From: a virus
Taxonomy: Duplodnaviria; Caudoviricetes
DNA length: 55,135 nt
Strand: one strand, 5' to 3'
Virus record (IMG/VR): IMGVR_UViG_3300025015_000034
Coordinates: 1 to 55,135 of that record
Of the stretch, positions 1-8,200 are shown in pieces (the first letter of the stretch is position 1; the number at the start of each line of letters is the position of its first letter). The notes below the pieces were generated by a model. The model ran no database searches and had not been told where the DNA came from. It was given only the letters and a program-made list of their open reading frames with translations. Position numbers and translations under genes: made by a program.

Positions 1-1
1 A

Positions 2-94
2 AAAGGACATATATATAGAAAAGAAAGAGATGAAAAAAGAAAACAAGAAATCATAAATTATTTAAATTGTGAATTTATAGAAATTGGAGAATAA
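2..94 (+). CDS. 3' end of a NUMOD3-family homing endonuclease (gene starts before the window)
   Basis: Translates [30 protein letters not shown], matching the C-terminus of the copies at 721, 25049 and 37099. Confidence 0.8.
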   Translation, partial: KGHIYRKERDEKRKQEIINYLNCEFIEIGE

Positions 95-103
95 GAAATT
101 GAG

Positions 104-436
104 ATGAAAACAATATTAAAATTAAAAGATATAATTCAAGAACAGTTACACATTTCCAGTCACATGAAAGAATTTAATTTGGATGATTCCGCACCTATAT
201 TAACTACTGGGGTTGTAAGAAAAATAGGTAGGTATTTAGATGTAGATTTTTCTAAAACTAAGAGTGATCAATTATATATGGGAATGAAAACAGAGACAGA
301 ACATTCTGATTTAATATCAGATACTAAGCCATATATTATGAAAGATTGGATAGTTTTTGCTAAGATCGCACTCGTTCATCTTAAAGAGGATCCAAACTAT
401 TATGATAAATTACAGAAGATGGAAAAATCAAAATAA
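104..436 (+). CDS. DUF5661-like hypothetical protein with shared N-terminal leader
   Basis: GMKTETEH...AKIALVHLKEDPNYYDKL motif; N-terminus MKTILKLKDIIQEQL. Confidence 0.6.
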   Translation: MKTILKLKDIIQEQLHISSHMKEFNLDDSAPILTTGVVRKIGRYLDVDFSKTKSDQLYMGMKTETEHSDLISDTKPYIMKDWIVFAKIALVHLKEDPNYYDKLQKMEKSK

Positions 437-449
437 ATAGGAGATCAAA

Positions 450-716
450 ATGAAAGCAACACTAAAATTAAAAGAATTAATAAAAGAAATTTTATCAGAA
501 GAACCCACTACCGTCTTAGATGAAAAAGATATAGATGTTTTAGGAGAAGAAGAGGACTATCGTAAGATAATTGGGAATTATAATGATAGAATTAGAAAAT
601 TATCTGATAAAATAGCTAAGAGTGATAATCCAAGTGTAAAAATGAATTTAGCTAAAATAAGAACGCGGGCACAATCACACTTAAGTAAATTGCTTAAAAA
701 TTTAAAAACTAAATAG
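450..716 (+). CDS. small hypothetical protein with MKATLKLKELIKEILSEE leader
   Basis: ORF preceded by AGGAG; its 3' end is duplicated at 1270 and 29954. Confidence 0.7.
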   Translation: MKATLKLKELIKEILSEEPTTVLDEKDIDVLGEEEDYRKIIGNYNDRIRKLSDKIAKSDNPSVKMNLAKIRTRAQSHLSKLLKNLKTK

Positions 717-719
717 AAC
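667..719 (+). repeat. 53-bp direct repeat, copy 1 (3' end of ORF 450..716)
   Basis: GGGCACAATCACACTTAAGTAAATTGCTTAAAAATTTAAAAACTAAATAGAAC; 47/53 identical to 1270..1322. Confidence 0.9.
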
Positions 720-720
720 A

Positions 721-1266
721 ATGGAAAAACATATGCCAACTGGAGTCTATATAAGAACAGAAGAAGCTAGAAAAAATATGTCTGAGTCACATAAAGGTAA
801 ACCTCTGTCAGAAGAACATAAACAGAAAATATCTGAGACACTTAAAGGTAGTATACCCTGGAATAGAGGTAAACAATTATCAGAAGAACATAGAAAAAGT
901 ATATCTAAGGCACGCAAAGGTATAAAATTTTCAGAAGAACATAAAAGAAAAATGAGATTAGCAGCCATTAAAAGAATAGAACAAAACAAACTAGATGGTA
1001 ATCAATTTTATCCCAGATTTAATTCTAATGCATGTAAACTTATAGAAGAATATGGTAAAGCTAATGGTTACAACTTTCAGCACGCAGAAAGTGGTGGAGA
1101 ATATTTTATAGAAGAATTAGGATATTGGGTAGATGGATATGATAAGACTCGAAACGTGGTAATAGAATATTATGAAAGTGCACATAAAAGACGCGTAGAT
1201 AAAGATGAACTAAGAAAACAGGAAATAATTAATCATTTAAACTGTGAATTTATAGAAATTAAATAG
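721..1266 (+). CDS. free-standing homing endonuclease, NUMOD3 repeats plus PD-(D/E)XK/Vsr-like C-terminal domain
   Basis: SEEHKQKIS repeats; conserved [35 protein letters not shown] domain; likely start ATG 733 (MPTGVYIRT). Confidence 0.8.
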   Translation: MEKHMPTGVYIRTEEARKNMSESHKGKPLSEEHKQKISETLKGSIPWNRGKQLSEEHRKSISKARKGIKFSEEHKRKMRLAAIKRIEQNKLDGNQFYPRFNSNACKLIEEYGKANGYNFQHAESGGEYFIEELGYWVDGYDKTRNVVIEYYESAHKRRVDKDELRKQEIINHLNCEFIEIK

Positions 1267-1269
1267 CAA

Positions 1270-1322
1270 GGGCACAAGAAAACTTAAATAAATTGCTTAA
1301 AAACTTAAAAAATAAATAGAAC
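1270..1322 (+). repeat. 53-bp direct repeat, copy 2 (orphan gene end RAQENLNKLLKNLKNK*)
   Basis: Lies immediately after the endonuclease stop codon; near-identical to 667..719. Confidence 0.9.
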
Positions 1323-1362
1323 GGTAATTAAATAAAATTAATATAAAAATTTTAAATCACTA

Positions 1363-1370
1363 TATTTATA
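1363..1370 (+). promoter_or_regulatory. TATTTATA putative phage late promoter motif (representative copy)
   Basis: Same octamer upstream of starts at 4843, 13406, 14791, 24545, 25741 and 26852; near-matches at 1940, 20293, 43515 and 47795. Confidence 0.6.
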
Positions 1371-1402
1371 TTTAAAGATAAATATATTATTGGAGAAACA
1401 CA

Positions 1403-1894
1403 ATGAGCAAAGTTCTCGAACCTACAGAAGTTCATTTTACCGAATTTGAACCAAAAATGCAGTTTAGATACATCTTATATTTAAATGATGTACCTTCATA
1501 TTTGGTTAAAGCTGCAAAACGACCTAATATTACTTTTTCACCTATAACCTTGGACCATATAAACATGAAAAGAAAACTATTAGGTAAAGGTGAATGGCAA
1601 GATATTGAACTTACACTTTATGATCCAATTAAACCAAGTGGAGCTCAAGCTGTTATGAATTGGATAAGACGTGGATATGAATCAGCTACAGGTAGAGCTG
1701 GATATGCTGACTTTTATAAACAACAGATAATGTTGAATATGTTAGGACCGGTTGGTGATGTAGTAGAAGAGTGGAGATTAGTTGGTGCCTTCGTTGTAAG
1801 CGCAGATTGGGGAGCACTTGATTGGTCAAACAATGATACACCAGCTGAAATTGCAGTAACAGTTGCCTATGACTACGCGATTTTGGAGTGGTAG
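1403..1894 (+). CDS. gp19: tail tube protein, T4 gp19-like
   Basis: FEPK..FRYIL, GKGEWQDIELTLYDP, W.LVGAF..SADWGALDWS, VTVAYDYA motifs; 163 aa; GGAG RBS. Confidence 0.9.
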   Translation: MSKVLEPTEVHFTEFEPKMQFRYILYLNDVPSYLVKAAKRPNITFSPITLDHINMKRKLLGKGEWQDIELTLYDPIKPSGAQAVMNWIRRGYESATGRAGYADFYKQQIMLNMLGPVGDVVEEWRLVGAFVVSADWGALDWSNNDTPAEIAVTVAYDYAILEW

Positions 1895-1932
1895 TTCCAG
1901 TAGTACATAATTAAACTTGATTCTAAGAAATT

Positions 1933-1973
1933 CCCCTTATATTTATTATAAAATAATAGTATAAGGGGTTTTT
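1933..1973 (+). terminator. hairpin plus U-tract after gp19, overlapping the RBS of the next gene
   Basis: CCCCTTATA (1933-1941) pairs with TATAAGGGG (1960-1968), followed by TTTTT then ATG 1974. Confidence 0.7.
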
Positions 1974-2864
1974 ATGTTTAAATGTAAAATTTGTGGTTTT
2001 GAAGGAAAAAATTTAATATCGATATCTAAACACATTTCTGTATCTCATAAAATATCAACAGATAATTATTACCTAAAATATATTTCGGAAACAAAAGTTA
2101 TACCAACGTGTAAGTGTGGTTGTGGTGAACAATGTAAATTTGTAAATATAGAACGAGGATTTACTGAATATAAAATTGGTCACATATCAAGAGTTCATAA
2201 CAATTGGGGAAATAATAAACGAGCTCAGATTAAAAGTGCAGCAACACGAAGAGAACAATATAAAAATGGAGAAAGAGAAGTCTGGAATAAAGGACTAGAT
2301 ATTACAGACCCACGAGTAAAAGCCTACGCAGAAAAAAGTACTAAAGAAGCCAATCCAGAAAGAGCGAAAAAGATATCTAAGACTCAAAAACAACAATTCA
2401 AAGATGGTATACGAAGTAATGAAGGTGAGAACAATCCCATGTTCGGCAAACACCACTCGACTGTGGCAAAAGATAAAATGAGGTTAACTGCATTAAAGAA
2501 TATGAAATATAGAGGAAGATTAGAGACTTCTAGTTTAGAAATAGAAATCTCCATGCTGTTAAGTGAATTAAACATTCAACATGAATTTCAATTTCCAGCA
2601 TATGATATTAATTCATTTTTCGATTTTAAAATAAAAGATAAAAAAATCTTAATAGAGGTTGATGGAGATTATTGGCACTGTAATCCTAATACCAAATTTA
2701 AAGATCCAAAGTACGCGGCACAGATAGCAAACCTAAAAGGTGACAAGATTAAGAACGAATGGGCACTTAAAAACGGTTACAAACTGTTAAGATTTTGGGA
2801 ATCCGATATTAAAAACAATCGATTACAGGTTGTAGAGAATTTGATAAATGCGATTAAAAATTAA
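1974..2864 (+). CDS. homing endonuclease: C2H2/CKCGCG zinc motifs, NUMOD3, DUF559/Vsr-like nuclease
   Basis: CKICG..H...H, CKCGCG, GENNPMFGKHHS, IEVDGDYWH...D..KNEWA..NGYKLLRFWE. Confidence 0.8.
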   Translation: MFKCKICGFEGKNLISISKHISVSHKISTDNYYLKYISETKVIPTCKCGCGEQCKFVNIERGFTEYKIGHISRVHNNWGNNKRAQIKSAATRREQYKNGEREVWNKGLDITDPRVKAYAEKSTKEANPERAKKISKTQKQQFKDGIRSNEGENNPMFGKHHSTVAKDKMRLTALKNMKYRGRLETSSLEIEISMLLSELNIQHEFQFPAYDINSFFDFKIKDKKILIEVDGDYWHCNPNTKFKDPKYAAQIANLKGDKIKNEWALKNGYKLLRFWESDIKNNRLQVVENLINAIKN

Positions 2865-2926
2865 TAATTCCTATATATATTAATAGTTATTAACAACCAC
2901 ATTAAAACTTAGAAAGGGTCATTTAT

Positions 2927-3730
2927 ATGAGTGACATTGTAGATTTAAAGAAAAGTGAAACTAAAAAGGAAATGTATCCCACAGAGGCGGTTTCGTTGCC
3001 CAGCGCCGGTTGGTTTTATTCAATTGAAAATCCACTATCAAGTGGTGTACTAAACCTAAGACTTCCCACGGCAAAAGCTGAAGACATTTTGACATCAAGA
3101 AACCTAATAACCAAAGGTATTGTAATTGATGAACTATTAAAATCTTTAATCACAGATGATATAAATTATGAAGATATTTTATTAGGTGATAAAAATGGAT
3201 TAATAATAGCAGCTAGAATGCTATTATATGGCTCTAACTATACGACAGTAGTTAAATGTCCAAATTGTGGAGCATCAAATACCAAAACTTATAATTTATC
3301 TGATTTAGAAAGTAAAGAATTAGATTTTGAAAAGTTAGGTCCTAAAGGAACTAATTCATTTGATTTTGAATTACCAATAAGCAAAACTAAAATCAAATTT
3401 AAATTTTTAACTCAGAGAGATGAGTCAGATGTTGAAACACACCTTAAAAAAATGAAAAAGAACTTTGGTGGTGATTCAGAAATAACAACTAGATTATCAT
3501 ATGTAATTACTCAATATGGGAACGAATCAGGTCAATCTAAAATATTAAAACTCATTATAGATACTATGACATCTAGAGATTCAAAGGCATTCAGAGATTA
3601 CTTGGCAGAAGTAACCCCTGGAATAGAGACTGATATCTTATTTGAATGTGACGAATGTAGTTATTCAGATGACATTACCCTGCCAATGGATATTAACTTT
3701 TTTTGGCCCAGCAGACGACTACAGAAATAA
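2927..3730 (+). CDS. baseplate hub assembly protein / tail assembly chaperone (T4 gp26-like)
   Basis: V.LPS.G..Y, EDILTS, GDKNGLIIAAR...YG, CPNC and CDEC zinc pairs, C-terminal FFWP; lies between tube and tape measure. Confidence 0.7.
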   Translation: MSDIVDLKKSETKKEMYPTEAVSLPSAGWFYSIENPLSSGVLNLRLPTAKAEDILTSRNLITKGIVIDELLKSLITDDINYEDILLGDKNGLIIAARMLLYGSNYTTVVKCPNCGASNTKTYNLSDLESKELDFEKLGPKGTNSFDFELPISKTKIKFKFLTQRDESDVETHLKKMKKNFGGDSEITTRLSYVITQYGNESGQSKILKLIIDTMTSRDSKAFRDYLAEVTPGIETDILFECDECSYSDDITLPMDINFFWPSRRLQK

Positions 3731-3932
3731 ATTGTGGTCAGAGATATTTCAGATAGCATATTTTTCAAACGGTGGTTTTACACATGATGAAATTTACAAT
3801 ATGCCTACATTCAAACGGAGATTCTATCTCGAACAGCTAATATCTCAAAAACGAGCAGAAAAAGAAGAAGTAGATAAATCCAAGACAGGTAAAAAGTATC
3901 CAAAACCTCCAAGTGTTAGACCTAAAAAATAA
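3642..3932 (+). CDS. small tail/baseplate chaperone (gp51-like), possibly a frameshift extension of the upstream gene
   Basis: EIFQIAYFSNGGFTHDEIYNMPTFKRRFYL motif; overlaps the upstream ORF and has only a TTG start with no evident RBS. Confidence 0.6.
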   Translation: MNVTNVVIQMTLPCQWILTFFGPADDYRNKLWSEIFQIAYFSNGGFTHDEIYNMPTFKRRFYLEQLISQKRAEKEEVDKSKTGKKYPKPPSVRPKK

Positions 3933-4080
3933 TTGTGATTATTTTTTTTTTTCTCTATATATATTAAAGTAATTATATAAGATCTGAAAGTTTATTTAGG
4001 AATTCTGTTAACTTTAAATAACATCTTTAGTATAATTAAAATTAAATAATTAAAATAATTAAAATAAGGAATATATCTAA

Positions 4081-4782
4081 ATGAAAAAATCAGAATTGGT
4101 TAAGTTAATTAAAGAAGAAATTAAATATGTGATTAATCAAAATATAAAAGAGGAAACTAAAATGAAGGCAACATTGAAATTAAGAAACTTAATAAAAGAA
4201 GTTTTATCAGAAGCAAAGATATATGTTCAACAAGGACAACCTGTTCCGAAAGGAAGAAAAATAGAAAAAGGTCCTCGTGGAGGAAAATTTTATACAGGTT
4301 CAGCTGCAGAAAAAGCAGCAGCTGAAAAAGGTACAAGTACTTCTAAAACTCCTTCTGCTCCTAAAAAACCAACAGTAAATATTTTTAATAAACCTAGTAA
4401 ACAATCAACTGCTGCGAACGTTCCAGATACGGTTAAAAAACAATTACAAGATTCTGGTAAATATTTTAAGAATTTAGTTTCTATTGAACAAGACACAATG
4501 GGAAATGAACCAGAAAGTATGGTACCTGCATATAAAGCAGCTCAATCACATATAAATTCAAGATGGCCAAATGCTAAGGTAATAAATACTGAGGATGCAG
4601 ATGATCCAGATGCAGTAATGGATCATATAGCATCATTAAAACATCCTAAATCTGTTAAAAAATTCAAAAATTCTGCTGGTGTAGATTATAAATTAACCGA
4701 TTATGGTGATGATGGTGGTGTATTAACTTTTAATGATGGTCAAAGTGGTGACATAGATACACTTATTGTACCAAGAAAATAA
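4081..4782 (+). CDS. hypothetical protein with doubled leader and GPRGG basic domain
   Basis: MKKSELVKLIKEEI then a second in-frame start MKATLKLRNLIKEVLSEA (ATG 4162, own GAGG); KGPRGGKFY. Confidence 0.7.
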   Translation: MKKSELVKLIKEEIKYVINQNIKEETKMKATLKLRNLIKEVLSEAKIYVQQGQPVPKGRKIEKGPRGGKFYTGSAAEKAAAEKGTSTSKTPSAPKKPTVNIFNKPSKQSTAANVPDTVKKQLQDSGKYFKNLVSIEQDTMGNEPESMVPAYKAAQSHINSRWPNAKVINTEDADDPDAVMDHIASLKHPKSVKKFKNSAGVDYKLTDYGDDGGVLTFNDGQSGDIDTLIVPRK

Positions 4783-4806
4783 ACACATTAAAGTAATATT
4801 CATTTT

Positions 4807-4831
4807 AAAAGCCTCGATAGAGGCTTTTTTT
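4807..4831 (+). terminator. rho-independent terminator
   Basis: AAAAGCCTC-GATA-GAGGCTTTTTTT. Confidence 0.85.
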
Positions 4832-4885
4832 ATTTTCTTTAATATTTATATCTATATCATTCCCTAACACCAAAAGGAAATTTAA

Positions 4886-5185
4886 ATGAGAATTAAGTTA
4901 AAACAGATAATATCAGATACTGCTATCCCTAAGAAACAAAAAATTACTGAAGGTTTAGTAACTAATTTTATTGCCGGTATATTGAAAATATTATATACAG
5001 GAAAAGCAAAAATTTTATATTCACAAATAAATAATAATCCTAAACTAGTAGATGCAACTCAGAAATTACAAATTTCTATTGATGATTACAAAAAAATGTT
5101 GAATGATCCAAAGATTCAAGCATATCTTAATAATTTAGATCCAAAGGTTGTAAAAGGAATAATTGATCTTTCAGATCCATTTTAA
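4886..5185 (+). CDS. hypothetical protein
   Basis: ORF with AAGGA RBS downstream of the TATTTATA motif. Confidence 0.6.
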   Translation: MRIKLKQIISDTAIPKKQKITEGLVTNFIAGILKILYTGKAKILYSQINNNPKLVDATQKLQISIDDYKKMLNDPKIQAYLNNLDPKVVKGIIDLSDPF

Positions 5186-5198
5186 AAATTAATATAAT

Positions 5199-8186
5199 AT
5201 GGAAAAAACACCGTCAGAGTTTCCAGATTACGAAGAACGTCGTAAACTAGAAGATAAATCCTACGAACACAGTTTAGATAGTTTAAGATCTTTTCATTCA
5301 CAAATTAAAAGTGAGTGGCAAAAAACTCTTAAACAATTAGAAACTACTCAGGGAACTGGACTTGGTACAGAAGTGTTTGATAAAAGTTTAAAATCTTTGG
5401 AAAAAAGATTTGAAAAAATGAATATCATCGCAGAAGATTTTGGAGCTGATCTTAAGGGTGTAATAGGTAAAGTATCAGAAGAAAAAGTTTTGGAATTAGA
5501 AGGAATGGGTAAAGTAATAGATGAGATTACGACGAAGGCAAGAACTCGTATAGATGAACTTAAAGCTACACAAGAAGAAACAGCTTTTGCAGCAGGTGGA
5601 TCGATGATAGTAAAATCGGAGGGTCTGGGTGAATTATTTAAAACAGAAATAGAAAGATTAAAAGGTACAATTGGCACATCTCTATTTGATTCAGATAAAT
5701 TGGGTAACTATCAATCTCAACTAAATGAGATGTTATCTAGTATTAGTGATAATTTAGATAAAATTGCTTTAAAAACAGAAAAGACATTATTAGATGAGAA
5801 AAATATTGAACAATGGAATAAAGCTAAAGAAGTTATAACTAGTATAAATAATAAATTAATAGCAGAAAAAGAGAACATAGAGGCAAATGATGCCGCAATT
5901 AAAGAGGTAACCACTAGTATGACCTCTTGGATTGATAACATTGATGATGCAGTCAAAAAGGTACCAATAATAGGTGATTGGTTATCGAAGAGCATGGGGT
6001 TTGATAAAATGAAAGAAGAGCTTCAGAACAACCTAAGTGCAGCATTTAAAGATGGTAAAATGTCAGCAGCTGGATTTGCAACTGCAATGACTACTACTAT
6101 GAAAACAATGGCAGCTGGAATAACTAATGTATTAAAGGCACTCGTATTTAATCCATGGTTATTAGCAATTGTGGGGGTTGCTTTATTGATTAAAATGTTT
6201 GTAGACTTGCAAGGAGCGGCAGAAGACTTTAGAAAAGAAAGCGGTTTATCTAATATAGCTAACAAAGAATTAACAGAAAATATACAAAAAAGTGCTTTAG
6301 GTGCAAGAAAATTTGGTGTAGAATTAGAAGATGTTTATGCTACAACAACAGAATTAGTTCAAGCATTTGGTATCGCAGGGTTAGTAACTGCACAACTAGC
6401 AACTGATATGGCTACATTAGCTAAGGTTACTGGTATACCGGTAAAAGATTTAGTTCAAACATTAGAAATGACAACTGGAATAGGTGGTGCAACTAAAGAA
6501 ACTGCTTATAATATGATGTTAATTGGAGCCCATGCCGCAAGCACTGCTAAAATTCCTTTGGTTCCCTTCTTTGAAGATATAGCAGCTAGTTCAGACTTTG
6601 TCGCAACTTATATGGGAGACGCAGGTAAAAATATATATAAGACTGCGATAGGTGCGAAGATGTTAGGTGTAAATATGCAACAGGTTGCGAAAATGATGGA
6701 AACTATAATGGATTTCGATACCGCAATTGAAAATGAATTACAGGCATCGATGTTAGTAGGTAGACAAATTGATTTTAATACAGCAAGATATATGTTGTTT
6801 AAAGGTAATATTGAAGGTGCAACTAAAGAAATGTTTCGTCAAATTGGTTCATTACAAGACTTTGATGATAATACAAAAACAAATATTTTCGGTAGAAAAG
6901 CACTTGCTAAGGTAATGGGAATGGAAGTAGGTGAACTAAGAAAGTCACTTATGTTAAGAGAAATGATTGGTGCTAATATGGGAGGTCAGAAAGATTTATT
7001 ACAGGCTGCATATGATGAATTAAATGGTGGGGTAAAATTAGAAAAAGAGCAATATTTGGAACAATTAAAAATACAAAGTTCACTCACAAATATTGGAAAT
7101 AAATTTGCTCAAATCGGTGCATCATTAGCTGTTGTTTTATTACCAGCTGTCAATGCAATTGCGTATGCTATTGATAAAGTATCCGGAATATTATCATCTA
7201 TATTTGAAGTAATAGATTTTAGACTTCTAATGGCGGGAGTATTAACAGATAGTTGGGTTAGTAAATTAATTAAAGCTACTATTGTTATTGGTGGTATTTT
7301 AATAGCTATGTTAGCTATTAAGGTTACACTTGCAGCAATGAATTCATTTGCAGGAAAAATAGGTGGGGGCGGAGCAGCAGGAAAGGGTGGTGGAATGTTT
7401 GGTTCAATATTTGGAAAAATGAATCCAGTTGCAATGATAAAAGGTGCAGCTGCAGTGGTAATTATGGCAGGAGCATTGTGGGTACTGGCACAGGCGATCA
7501 AAGTATTTGCAGATAATCCAAACCTTTGGGAATCGATGGGAGCCGCAGCAGTAGGATTAGGAATATTAACATTAGCAATAATGGGTCTAGGTACACTTAT
7601 GTCATCAGGCGCAGGTGCTCTTGCTATTATAGGAGGTGCCCTTGCTATGGGTATTATGGCAGGTACTCTATGGTTATTAGGTAAGGCAATAGATAATTTT
7701 GTTCCTATGGTTGATACATTATTAAGAGGTATTGCAAACATTGCTCAAACTATAGGTGCTACGGTTGTAAATATAATAAATTCAGTTGCAGATTCAATAG
7801 TAAGAATTTCAAATATAGATGCATTAAATTTATATGCAGTCGCTGGTGGAATTTTTTCTCTTGCAAGTGCACTGGGTTTATTTGCAGCATCTTCAGTGAT
7901 AGCTTTACCAGGTTTGTTGGCATTAGCAAGTTTGGGTCCAGCATTAATGTTAACTGCAAATGCAATGAGACTAATATCCAATCCAGCAGTATCAGCTACC
8001 AATGTTCCAAATACAAGAACACTAACAGAATATTCAATTGTTAGAGAAGATAATAATTCTCCACTTATATCTAAGATTCAAGAACTTATAGATGTAGTTA
8101 AAAATAAGAATGGAGATATTTATCTTGATGGTAAAAAGGTTGGTGCTGGAATTGCTAGAAGTACTCAGGTTTCTAAAATGACTTAA
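5199..8186 (+). CDS. tail tape measure protein
   Basis: 995 aa, helical and Ala/Gly-rich with hydrophobic C-terminal half; ends IYLDGKKVG; sits in the tail module. Confidence 0.85.
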   Translation: MEKTPSEFPDYEERRKLEDKSYEHSLDSLRSFHSQIKSEWQKTLKQLETTQGTGLGTEVFDKSLKSLEKRFEKMNIIAEDFGADLKGVIGKVSEEKVLELEGMGKVIDEITTKARTRIDELKATQEETAFAAGGSMIVKSEGLGELFKTEIERLKGTIGTSLFDSDKLGNYQSQLNEMLSSISDNLDKIALKTEKTLLDEKNIEQWNKAKEVITSINNKLIAEKENIEANDAAIKEVTTSMTSWIDNIDDAVKKVPIIGDWLSKSMGFDKMKEELQNNLSAAFKDGKMSAAGFATAMTTTMKTMAAGITNVLKALVFNPWLLAIVGVALLIKMFVDLQGAAEDFRKESGLSNIANKELTENIQKSALGARKFGVELEDVYATTTELVQAFGIAGLVTAQLATDMATLAKVTGIPVKDLVQTLEMTTGIGGATKETAYNMMLIGAHAASTAKIPLVPFFEDIAASSDFVATYMGDAGKNIYKTAIGAKMLGVNMQQVAKMMETIMDFDTAIENELQASMLVGRQIDFNTARYMLFKGNIEGATKEMFRQIGSLQDFDDNTKTNIFGRKALAKVMGMEVGELRKSLMLREMIGANMGGQKDLLQAAYDELNGGVKLEKEQYLEQLKIQSSLTNIGNKFAQIGASLAVVLLPAVNAIAYAIDKVSGILSSIFEVIDFRLLMAGVLTDSWVSKLIKATIVIGGILIAMLAIKVTLAAMNSFAGKIGGGGAAGKGGGMFGSIFGKMNPVAMIKGAAAVVIMAGALWVLAQAIKVFADNPNLWESMGAAAVGLGILTLAIMGLGTLMSSGAGALAIIGGALAMGIMAGTLWLLGKAIDNFVPMVDTLLRGIANIAQTIGATVVNIINSVADSIVRISNIDALNLYAVAGGIFSLASALGLFAASSVIALPGLLALASLGPALMLTANAMRLISNPAVSATNVPNTRTLTEYSIVREDNNSPLISKIQELIDVVKNKNGDIYLDGKKVGAGIARSTQVSKMT

Positions 8187-8200
8187 ATTGAGAAAATAGA

